A stretch of 64,000 bases of DNA, taken from positions 16,543,426 through 16,607,425 of the forward strand of contig NC_057751.1 in assembly GCF_004010195.1 (NCBI RefSeq), read 5' to 3'. This stretch comes from Chiloscyllium plagiosum (lineage: Eukaryota). The notes under the pieces are model-generated. The model saw only the letters and a program-made list of their open reading frames with translations, was not told the origin of the DNA and ran no database searches. Below are positions 32,401 to 44,400 of this stretch, in pieces. Made by a program: the position numbers and the translations under genes. How positions within the stretch are numbered: the stretch's first letter is position 1; each line of letters opens with the position of its first letter.

Positions 32401-35400
32401 TCTGGCCGAGCGGAGACTCCGATGGCGTCAGGCCACTGTAAAAGTGCGCGAGCAGCGCTCCCGTTGCCAGCGAGCTAATTGAAAGCTCCGAGGTCTGATT
32501 GGTGTAGCCAAGAGAGCCTGCGACACGGTCGTTGTAAGGGCAAGCGGGATCCTAACCGGGTCTGTGGCGCTGAGCTGGTCTCTGCAAGGTGGCGAATCTC
32601 CCTTCAGGATCACTGGGTAGGCCACACCTCTCTCGTCCTCCGTATCCTTCCGTCCGGACCAACCGCACAAATGTGCGCTGCATGCCGAACGGCGGTGGGC
32701 CTAATGCATGCGGTCCTTTGCTTCGGGCCGATTTGTAACACCTCCGCTTAAAAATCAGCAGCTTTGGGAGAGAGAGGTGGGAGGCAAAGGAGAGGTGCGG
32801 GGGTAAGCCTGCCTGAGAAGCCACTATCGTGAGGAGCTTCCACACGTGTGTGCGTCTGAAATTCTCTTCAGCCAGAGCTTCTCAAACTTGTTTTGCTGAG
32901 CTCCCACACAAGTCGCCTTTCGAAAACAACGGCTGGTGCAGACTGGTATCCCACCTTTACCCATTGTCTACCCCCTTCGTACTGGCTGGCGTAGTGGCTC
33001 GTTGCTGTCTCACCACACCAGGAACCTGGGATCAGCTCCACCCTCAGGCGACTGTCTGGGTGGAATACGTACTCCTCCCCCCCACCCCCTCCACCCCGCG
33101 TCCGCATGGATTTTTTTCCCACAGTCCAAAGATATGCAGGTTAGGGTGGATTGGCCATGAGAAAATTGCCCTGTGGTGTCCAGGGTAGGTGGGTCAGCCA
33201 CAGGAATTGTGGGATGCTCTTTGGAGGGTCAGTGTGGAGCAGCTGGGCCAAACGGCCTGCCTCCACACTGTAGGGATTCCAACTGCTTCCAATCCGAGGG
33301 GTTTTCCAGGCAGAGTGGGAGGTGGTTCCTTGGCAGGGTAACAATGGCGTCAGTCCGTCATACGAGGGGCAAGGTGAGCTGCAGCCGGCTGACCTTGATT
33401 GGGTGTTGGGATCAAAGTATTTCTGGCTGGGTTGCTTAGCAGACTCAAGTGGGCCAGGGACTTTGCTGATTCAGTCGCCAGTTTAAGGTAAAACAGCAGG
33501 ACAAGCTTCCCACCAGGTATTAAAGCGCTCAGGGAACTTATAATTCCCACAAGTGATCCCACAAAGCAGCAGACCACAAGCCAAAAAAACCCTTTCAATA
33601 GAGGAACTCGCGGCTTGAGTTGGTTGTGGCTCATTTATATTTCTTGAGGGCAAGTGGACTTGCAAGCTGTTCCAAAAATAAATGTGTATACGCCAGACGG
33701 CAAGCCACACTTTTTTTTTTTCTTCTTCTTCTTCCCCCTTTCACTTGCACGACGACAGACTGCTCCAGTGACTAACGGAGAGAAAAGCGTATTCGGAGCT
33801 GTTTTCGGTTTCCAAGTTATGAGCAAACCTCTCACCTCCGACCTGATTGAAGAGTCCTCCTCATACCCACAGCAGGCCTTCCCACCCAGTGTGTTGGCCC
33901 GGTTTGGGAACAGAGAGTCATACAGCACGGACCCAACTAGTCCGTGTTCCCAAACTAAACTCGTCCCCCTTGCCTGCTCCTGGCCCGTATTCCCTCCAAA
34001 CCTTTCCTATTCATGTACCTATCCAAATGTTCATTAAACTGTACCCACATCCACCACTTATTCTGGAAGTTCATTCCATATACAATCTATGTAACAGTTG
34101 CCCCTCGTCCTTTTTAAATCTTTCTCTTAAAAGGATGCCCCCCCCCCCCCCCCCCATAGTTTTGAACTCCTCCACCCTGGGGAAAAGACCCTGGGCCATT
34201 CACCTTACCTGTACCCCTCATGATTTTATAAACCTCAATATGATCACCCCTCAACCTCCTATGCTCCAGTTTTTTTTTAAAAAAGAAAGTCCTAGCCTGT
34301 TTTTATAACTCAACGCCTCCCATTTCCGGCAACATCCTGGGAAATCCTTTCTGAATCCTCTCCAGATTTGTCATATCCTTCCTATAGCAGTGGGAGCAGA
34401 ACTGCGCACAGTAATGCAGAAGAGGCCGGCCTCACCAATATCCTGTACAACCTCAACACGACGTCCCGATACCCAAAGGTCTGAGCGATAAAGGCAAGCG
34501 TGTCAAACGCCGTCTTAACCACCCTGTCGGCCTGTGATGCAAACTTCAAAGAATTATATACCTGGACCCTGAGGTCTTTCTGTTGTACGACATTATCCCA
34601 AGGCCCTACCGTTAATTGTATAAGTCCTGTCCTTGTGTGGGGTATACCAAAATGGCAGTCCCTCGCATTTATCCAAATTAAACTCCATCTGCCACTCCTC
34701 AGCCTTTTGACTCCACTGATCAGGATCACTCCATTACCTCAGGTAACCTTCTTTACTGTCCACTGCACCACCAATCTTGGGGCCATCCGCAAACGTACTA
34801 ACCAGTAAGCTAGCATTTCGAAGCTTCGGTCATCGTGCTGCAGTCTGTATTCCCACTATTAACTTTGCAAGAGGTGTTACTCATCTGCTGTGGCTTATTG
34901 TGGGTAGTACGCCCAGGCCTGAGCTCATGGGGTTCCCGGTTCAAGCACCCCCCCCACCCTGGCCAGAAGGTGGAAATCTGTGCTGGTGTTACACTGCAGC
35001 ACTGAGGGACTGCTGCACTGTCTGATGGGATATTAAGTTGAGAGCCACCCCCCCACCCCTCTGTTGTAAAAGATCCCACTCGCTATGTTCTGAGGAAGAG
35101 CGAGGAGGATTTATCCCCAGTGTGCTGGCCAATATGTACCCCTCAATCCACATCTGAAGGTGAGGCGATTCGGCCGCGATCACGTCGCTGTTTGCAGGGA
35201 TCTTGCTGTGCACGCACTGGCTGGCGGGTTTCCTGCACTGCAACGGTGACTCCAACTCCAAAGTACCTCGTTGGCTGTGAAGTGCTTTGAGATCCCAGTG
35301 GGCATTGCAAGTGTAACATGGGCTCAGGCAGCAGGAAAGGAGGCCCTTCGGCCCATCATGTCTGCGGCAGTCCTCAAGAGCTGAGTTAGTTCAGTCGTTC

Positions 35401-38400
35401 AAAGCTGAGTTAGTTGAATATTTGACAGAGAATGGGTCACGGGTAATGGGAGACAGGCAGGAAAGTGGGGCTGAGGCCGCGACGAGACCGGCCACAATCT
35501 TAGTGCCTGTTCGAAAGGTGCGTAATGACCCACCCCTGCTCCTCAGTCCTATATTCCTAGGCTCCATTCAGCTCCTCAAACCAGCTAGACAGGAACAGTG
35601 GGAGGTCACTTCTTGGTGGTGCGTACAAATCAGGAAGACCATTCAGGCCCTCAAGACTGTCTCTCGCAAACCGGGAGATTTGGAAAATGTAGTTGGGAAA
35701 ATCCAGGCTGGATTTGAAAGAGATTCCTCATCTCTCTCTTTACAGAGCTTCCCCTCTCTGCAACTTGTGCATCAGTTTCTGGTCAAGTTGTTAGACCCAG
35801 ATTCAATGCGAATACAGTCACCCCCCCACCCCCCCCCCCCCCCCCCCCCTACCCCACTCAGAAAGGGGTCAGAAAATCCTCTAGTCTCCCTGACTGCAAA
35901 TTCAATGACAGGACTTCCAGGGAAATAAAGCACACAAACTTTCCAATGACAGAGTGTGAGAACATCAGAAACAGGAGGATGTCGTTCAGCCCCCAAGCCG
36001 GCCTGGCCCTTCACTAAGATCACGGCCGATTTGCTCTCGGTCTCAAATCCTCTTTCACGCGTAATTCCTCATGGCCCTCGCCTCTCTGTAGGCCCGTTTC
36101 CCAGCTTTGGGTACTTCAAGTGATTGTCCCAACGCTTAGACTCAGAGAATTGTACAGCACGGAAACAGATCCTTTGGCCCAACCCGTCCATGCCAACCAG
36201 ATATCCTAACTTAATCTAGTCCCATTTGCCAGCACTTGGGCCACACCCCTGTAAGCCCTTCCTATTCCCCATCCAGATGCCTTTAAAATGTTGTCATTGT
36301 ACCAGCCTCCACCACTTCCTCTGGCAGCTCATTCCATACACGTACCACCCTCTGTGTGAAAAAGTTGCCCCTCNNNNNNNNNNNNNNNNNNNNNNNNNNN
36401 NNNNNNNNNNNNNNNNNNNNNNNNNNNNNNNNNNNNNNNNNNNNNTCCCCCGACCCCAGGGAAAAGACTTTGCCTATTTACCCTATCCATTGCCCCCTCA
36501 TGATTTTATAAACCTCTATAAGGTCACCCCCTCAGTCTCCGACGCTCCAGGGAAAACAGCCCCGGCCTATACAGCCTCTCACTATAGCTCAAACCCTCCA
36601 ACCCTGGCAACCCTTATGAAACTTTTCTGCACCCTGTCAACATCTTTCCTATTAGCAGGGAGACCACAATTGAACACCGAATCCAAAGTGGCTTAGTTAA
36701 TGTCCTGTACAGCCTCAACATGACCTCCCAATTCCTATACTCAATGCTCTGACCAATAAAGGCAAGCATACCAAACGCCACCTTCACGACCCTGTCTACC
36801 TGTGACATTTGAATGTTGTGAGGGTTTCTGATCTTCCTCAAATCCTGTCAACCCTTTACCCATAAATCTCTACCACTCCTTCCCTGTTATTGACCCCTCT
36901 ACTGAGGGGAACATTTTCTTCCTATGTATCCCACCTCTGTCCCTGAACCTCAATCAGACCTCCGCCTTCTCCCCGCGAAGAAAAACAACTTCGGGTCGTC
37001 TTGCCTCTCCTCATAGCTGACTCGCTCTGGCCCAGACAGATATTAACGCCAGTCCTCTGTCGTTGAAAGTATGGCTGTCACCAGAGCAGAGTCTTCGACC
37101 GGCCTTGAACCGCACGTCATTACTGCGTTCCGAAGCCTTGCATTGGCATAGCGCCATTCGGGAGCCTCCAAAGCACTTCACAGCCAGTGGGGCCTATGTT
37201 TGTGACAGAGGCAGGACACTGGCTGAGCTCTCTTCCCCGCCTACCCCGGCCTCCCTTCAGAAAGTTAACAGTCGGTCTTGTACAATTTGTTTTTGAATGA
37301 CATGTTTGCCAAGATCTCCAAGGTGACGTAGCAAATGTGTGTTGATCTCCTAGGCAACCAGGAAGGGTCAGGAAAAGAAAACCAGAGCATGGATTTTGTT
37401 TTTTCCTTTCTGTTATTGTTGTAAAGATATTGTTTGATAGTTGGGTTAGCAGGACTTGTCCACTTAATGATAAGGTCCTGGGGAGTGTTGCTGAACAAAG
37501 AGACCTTGGAGTGCAGGTTCATAGCTCCTTGAAAGTGGAGTCGCAGGTAGATAGGATAGTGAAGGCAGCGTTTGGTATGCTTTCCTTTATTGGTCAGAGT
37601 ATTGAGTACAGGAGTTGGAAGGTCATGTTGCAGCTGTACAGGACATTGGNNNNNNNNNNNNNNNNNNNNNNNNNNNNNNNNNNNNNNNNNNNNNNNNNNN
37701 NNNNNNNNNNNNNNNNNNNNNNNNNNNNNNNNNNNNNNNNNNNNNNNNNNNNNNNNNNNNNNNNNNNNNNNNNNNNNNNNNNNNNNNNNNNNNNNNNNNN
37801 NNNNNNNNNNNNNNNNNNNNNNNNNNNNNNNNNNNNNNNNNNNNNNNNNNNNNNNNNNNNNNNNNNNNNNNNNNNNGGCAGGTGGGACTAGATTGGGTTG
37901 GGATATCTGGGTCGGCATGGACGGGTTGGACTGAAGGGTCTGTTTCTGTGCTGTACATCTCGATGACTCCGAGTGGGAGCGATGAGTCAGTTTCCAGTCA
38001 GTTAGCACAGAGTCTGCTGGTTGCTGTTTGGGGCTTCAGTTTTACATCTTAGAAACAGTAACCGCTAATCATGAGGAGATGACACTGAGGCTTTTGCAAC
38101 TCCAGCCCCCTGAGGGTCCAGAACAGATGTCGCCCCCCCCCCCCCAACCTCACTTTCTGCTTTGCTTCAACATCCTCCGCTAACACTGTGGTTCATGGGG
38201 AGCTTGTAAGACATAAAATCCCCCTCCACCTGACCGATCCCCATTTCCCCACAGCTACAAATGCTGCCAGTCCATTTATTTTAATGGTGAGTGAGGGGGT
38301 GGGGGTTGTGCAAAGTAAACCGCACATCTCTGCACCAGAAAGCGACTGGTAGGTAACCTTCTGCCTGTGGGGAGCCTGGCGTTTTTAGGGATCCCCTTTT

Positions 38401-41400
38401 GTGTCGGCAGTCTACCCTACACAAGCCGGTGATTAAGCCGCATTATTTTAGTGGCCTTTTCAAGGGACGGCGCCGTTTCAACGCCGAAGATTGCGGCCTT
38501 CCGTAACCTGACGGCAGTCTCATTCTCGCCCGCATTAACCGACGAGGGAGAAGCATTAGTGCTGACTGAGGGAGAGATGAGGGCATGACCGTGGGCTCCC
38601 TGGGGAAATCTCAGCCCTGGTTGTGTTCAGCCCAGGGTAGAGGCCGTCTGTCAGTCTGACTGTCGGTGCATTTATTCAGAGTGCCCAACGAGTAAGGGGC
38701 GGAGGAAGAGAAAACGCACAAATTGGAGTACCCCAGCCAGCAGTTCTGGGCTGACCCAGCAAGGAACTGACTCGGATGTCCCTTGTTTTAAGAGAGAGTG
38801 GACGTTGCTCAAAAGGGATTGAAGAAACTGGCCGTTCGGGGCCAAGGGGTAGGGAGATGCTTCCTAAAGTTTTGGTCCGGTGGCGCTTAGCGCAAGCTGG
38901 TGTGCACAGGAAGAGTCCAGCAGAGTAGCTATTGGAGACCAAGATATGGCAACGCAGCCTGGGGTTAGTGTGACCAATAGTGTGCAGCACTCGGGGAAAT
39001 CTGTTTCCATTTGGAAGCTGGCATCACTGGTCAGATCAGCGTTTATTCGAACTAACTGCCCCTTGAACTGAGTGGCACGCTCACCATTTCCGAGGGCAGT
39101 TAAGGGTCAACCTCATTGCTTTGTTTCTGGAGTTACATGTAGGGCACAGCAGGGTGAGGATGGCAGGTTTCCTTCCTTAAAGGGCATTAGCGAACCAGAT
39201 GGGTATTTGCGACTGTCATCATTGAACGAGTTTTCAATTCCATAACTCGTTGCAGAGTTAAATTTTGCCGTCTGCCTTTCAGCCCCCATGTCCCCAAAAC
39301 ATTTGTCTAAGACTCGATCGTCAGTCCAGTGACCTTTCCCACTGGGCCACAGCCTTCCAGTAGCAGAAGCTGATCCGATTTAACAGTGTTCCTGTTACCT
39401 GTGCGAATATGAATAAGGGATGCTTGAAGGACAACCACCTGACACCAGGTTATAGTCCAACAGGTTTATTTGATATTACCAGCTTTCGGAGCGCTGATCC
39501 TTCATCAGGTGACATGGAGCGAGCCGCACAGGCTCAGAATATAGAGGCGGAGAGATGGTGGCAAGATAATTCCAGGTAAATAAGAGTGTCAACAATTAAG
39601 TACAAATGGTGTGAGGGAATTGTCGACAGGCTGAATAGCAAGTGAAGGGATGACCAATGAACCAATTAACTGAGGCAGAGAGATAATTACAAAAAACCAA
39701 AAATAAGATAGGAGAGCAACCAAAAATGAGGAGGAACGATTTGAGGCCTGTCAACTGTTTGGAAGAGAGGGGGTGGGGGGAGGTGGAATGGCTGCGGGAG
39801 GGGATAATATAGTTCAGAGGGGTCTGGAATGAATTTGAGACAAAGTGGCGACTCCAAAGTTGCCCTGAGTGTTTCAGTTCGAAGGTCAGAGACACCGTGG
39901 CTGATATTGGCACAGTTTAAGCAGCTGAAGTCATTAATCTGCCTCGGAGCACACCAATAAATCTCATTTCTATTCACAAATAAGCCCACTGAAGCACAAG
40001 AGGCCCATTGGTAACTATGACGACAGCACAATGTTGGGGGGGGAGGTAGGTAATTTCCTGTTGCTAATTAGGAAGTGAAACCACCAGCCGGTGTTGTTGC
40101 TGTCAGAGGCCTCGCCTCGCCTTCCCCTACGGTCTGCAAAACCATGCCTTTTCCTCTTTACCGTTCTAATGCTGTGTAATCTGTGCAAGGAATGAGCTGA
40201 TTTGGATGAGGGTGTTCCTCCCTCAAGCGGGGGGAGGGGAGTCTTCACAGGGCTTGTGGTGGGAGTGGGGGTCAAAGTGGGTCTCATGGTAAGGTTTTGC
40301 GATGGCCCCTCACTGCATTCGGTCGCCTTCACACGTTAAGGGAAGGCTGAGCAGATGGTTTAACTCTAGCCATATATTACTGCCTTGTCCGTCTAGATTG
40401 GGCGGCACGGTGGCACAGTGGTTAGCACTGCTGCCTCACAGCGCCAGAGACCCGGGTTCAATTCCCGACTCAGGCGACTGACTGTTGTGTGGAGTTTGCA
40501 CATTCTCCCCGTGTCTGCGTGGGTTTCCTCCGGGTGCTCCGGTTTCCTCCCACAGTCCAAAGATGTGCAGGTCAGGGTGAATTGGCCATGGTAAATTGCC
40601 CGTAGTGTTAGGTAAGGGGTAAATGTACGGGAATGGGTGGGTTACGCTTCGGCGGGGCGGTGTGGACTTGTTGGGCCGAAGGGCCTGTTTCCACACTGTA
40701 AGTAATCTAATCTAATTTGACTATTAAAGTCTAGGCTGGACCTCCCCATTTTACTCTCCTCTGAAGCCATTCTTGTATTTTACTCATACCTGAGCCCTGT
40801 TTGGAATTTGCTCCTGTGCTTTATTGACCCACGCAAGTTCTTGCTATGCAAGCTTTGAATTTACAAATTTGAGTTTTCAAATCCCTCCACAATTTTGTCC
40901 CTGTCTCTGTCATCTCCACCAGCCGCACTCCCTCTAAAATAGCTGCGTTCCTCCAAGTCCACCATCCCCCCCCCCCGGCTTTAATCGCCGTGCCTGGACA
41001 CCAAGCTCTGCGATACAACAGAAACCGAACTGCGGACGCTGTAAAGTCAGAAATTAGAACCAGGACTTGCTGGAAAAACTCAGCAGGTCTGGCAGCTTGC
41101 GTGGAGAAGAACAAAAACAATCAGAGTTAACGTTTCCGGTCCAGTGACCCTTCCCCAGAACCGGGGAACCGAGTCCCGAGGAAGGGTCAACGGACCCGAA
41201 ACGTTAACTCTGATCTCTCTCCACAGGTGCTGCCAGACCTGCTGAGCTTTTCCAGCAAGTCTGGCTTAAGCTCTCAACCGCAGGAGGTGCAAGACTTGCG
41301 CCCACACCTCCCCCCTCACCTCCCTCCAAGGCCCCAAAGGAAACTTCCATATCCGCCACAGATTCACCTGCACCTCCACACACATCATCTATTGCATCCT

Positions 41401-44400
41401 CTGCACCCGATATGGCCTCCTCTATATTGGGGAGACAGGCAGGCTACTTGCGGAGCGTTTCAGAGAACACCTCTGGGACACCCGGACCAACCAACCCAAC
41501 CACCCTGTAGCTCAACATTTCAATTCCCCCTCCCACTCCACCAAGGATATGCAGGTCTTTGGACTCCCCCATCGTCAGACCACAACAAAACGACGGTTGG
41601 AGGAAGAACGCCTCATCTTCCGCCAAGAACCCTCCAACCACAAGGGATGAACTCGGATTTCACAAGTTTCCTCATTTCCCCTCCCCCCACCCTGTCTCAA
41701 TCAAATCCATCAAATTCAGCACCGCCTCCCTAACCTGCAAACTTCTTCCCGACCTCTCCGTCCCCACCCCAGTCTGACCTATCACCCTCACCTTGACCTC
41801 TTTCCACCTATCACATTTCCGACGCCCCTCCCCCAAGTCCCTCCTCCCTACCTTTTATCTTACCCTGCTGGACAAACTTTCCCCATTCCTGAAGAAGGGC
41901 TTATGCCCGAAACGTCGATTCTCCTGTTCCCTGAATGCTGCCTGACCTGCTGCGCTTTCCCAGCAACACATTTCCGGCTTAAGCTCTGTGCCTGTCTACC
42001 CTGCACTCCTCCAAGAACCCCCCCCCCCCTCCCAAAAACGTCACTGATGTTGGTTTTTATCGTGGGACTGAATGTTGAGGAGTTGACGCAAGATTGTCTG
42101 ATTTTCACATCGAACAAAGTGCACTCTTACTTTACGTGTTTTTTGAGTGTAGATTCAGAGGCAACTCGACTGGGGCACTCTTTTTAAAAAAAAGATGCAT
42201 GAACGTCAACTTACGGCATGACAGCAGAAGTCGGCCAATGAGACCATGGCTGATCTGATCCCCCTCGACTCTACTTTCCTGCCTTTCTCCCCATAACCCT
42301 TGACGACTCCTTCCCGATTTAAAAATCGGTCTGTCCCAGCCTCGACGGTAAAGAATTCCACAGATTCACTGTCCTCCGCAAAGAAATTCCTCCTCAGATC
42401 TGTCTTAAATGTGTGACTCTGCATGCTGAAATAATTCCCACTTGGTCCTAGACTCTCGCAAGAGAAAACAGCTTGTCCACATCAAGCTCCTTAAGACTCT
42501 CACATTTCAGTGAGTACAGGCCCAACCTCTCCTCACGGACAGTCCCTCCATACCCAGAATCAACCTCGTGAACCTCCTCTGGTCTGCTGTCTTGATCTAT
42601 CCTTAGATAAAGGGACCAAACCTGCTTGTATTCCAGTTGTTAGTGCCTTGTACAGTTTTAGCAATATGAAGGAAAGGCGAGTATAATTTTAAATCAGGAC
42701 GGTGAGGGGCTCGGAGGGGAACTTGCAGGGGGTGGTCTTCCCATGTACCTGCTGCCCCTTGTTCTTCTAGATGGAAGTGGCCGTGGGGTTTGGAAGGTGC
42801 TGTCTGAGGAGCCTGGGGGAGTTGCTGCAGTGCGTCTTGTAGATGGTACCCACTGCTATCACTATACACCGATGGTGGATGTGACGCTAATCAAGCAGGG
42901 GGCTGTTTTGTCCCTGGATGGTGTTAAACTCGTGTGTTTGCTTTACTCAGAGAGTAATAAGGGTATGGAATGCTTTGCCTGCAACGGTAGTAGATTTGCC
43001 AACTTTAAGTACACTTAAGTCATCATTGGATAAGCATATGGACGTACATGGAATAGTGTAGGTTCGATGGGCTTCAGATTGGGATGACAGGTCGGCGCAA
43101 CATCGAGGGCCGAAGGGGCCTGTAATGTTCTATGTTCTATATGTTTTTCGAGCTATCGCCATCCATGGCAAGTGGGGAGTATCCCATTACACTCCTAACT
43201 TGTGTATTGTTGATGGTGCATAGGCTTTGAGGAGGCTGGAGAGGGTTCAGAAGAGATTTACCGGGATCCCAGGTATGGATAGATAAAGATAGGCTGGGAC
43301 TTTTTTCACTGGAGCGTAGGAAGTTTATAAGATAGTGAGGGGTATAGGTAGAGTTAATGGTAGCTGTCTAATCCCTAGGATGGGAGATTTCAAAACTAAG
43401 AGGCACATGTTTAAGGTGGGAGGAGAGAGGTTTTAAAAAAGACATGAGGACAATGTTTTTACACCGAGGGTGCGTGAAATGAACTCCAAGGAAGTGATGG
43501 ATGTGGCTACCATTTTAACATTTAAACGACATTTGGATTTGTACATGAATAGGAAAGGTTTGTAGGGATGGGAGTCAAACGCAGGCAGGTGGAACGAGTT
43601 TAGTTTGGGATTATGTTGGGTGTGGACTGGCTGGGCCGAAGGGTCTGTTTCCGAGCTGTATGAGTCTGTAAAAGGACCCCCAACCTACCCTTGCAGTTTC
43701 ACAGTATTGAAAGGTTTCTGGTCAGTGGTAACCCTCAGAATGTTGATAGTGGCAGTGACAGTGATATCATTAAATGTCATGAGGAGATGCTTAGGGATGA
43801 TGTTAAAAATCACACCACACCAGGTTATACTCCAACACGTTTAATTGGAAGCACACTAGCTTTCAGAGCGTCGCTCCTTCATCAGGTGATTGTGGAGGAC
43901 AATTCTAAGGCACAGAATTTATAGCAAAAGTTTACAGTGTGATGTAACTGAAATTATACACTGAAAAATACCTTGATTGTTTGTTGAGTCTTTCATCTGT
44001 TCGAATACAGTGATAGTTTCACTTTCTTCATGTGTAAATCACAAAACCTTTTTTTAAAAGTTGCGTTCTCGGGTTAGCTGTGAACAATGGTGATAGCTAG
44101 ACAATATGTTGAAGGTGTTAGCCCCCTGTGTTCTCTGTCTATGACCTGATGTTTAGATTGATTCTAATCTAAAAAGTGAGATAACAGAGTTCTACATGAA
44201 TGCATGCAGTTTTTGAGCAAAGTACAATGTAACTCTGCAAGTACAAATTCATCCAACAAAATATATGTGTGCATGTGGGTCTTTGTGTGTGTGTGTCTCT
44301 GTCTGTCTGGGTTGGGGGTTGAGAGTCTGAGAGAGAGTGTATATGTGTGTGTGTAATGAGTGTAGTGTGTCTCAGTCCAACACCGGCATCTCCAACTCTT

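Noticed and set aside
31699..38052. Long ORFs containing X runs
   Set aside because: They are artefacts of assembly N gaps (31842-32039, 36374-36445, 37650-37876), all within young CR1 copies.
37340..40030. RFX X-box-like motifs (CTCCTAGGCAAC at ~37347, GTAACTATGACGAC at ~40011)
   Set aside because: Short motifs like these are expected by chance, and no conservation data are available.
40400..40470. tRNA-like A/B boxes
   Set aside because: This is the head of an HE1-like SINE, continuous with the SINE body and tail; it is not a tRNA gene.
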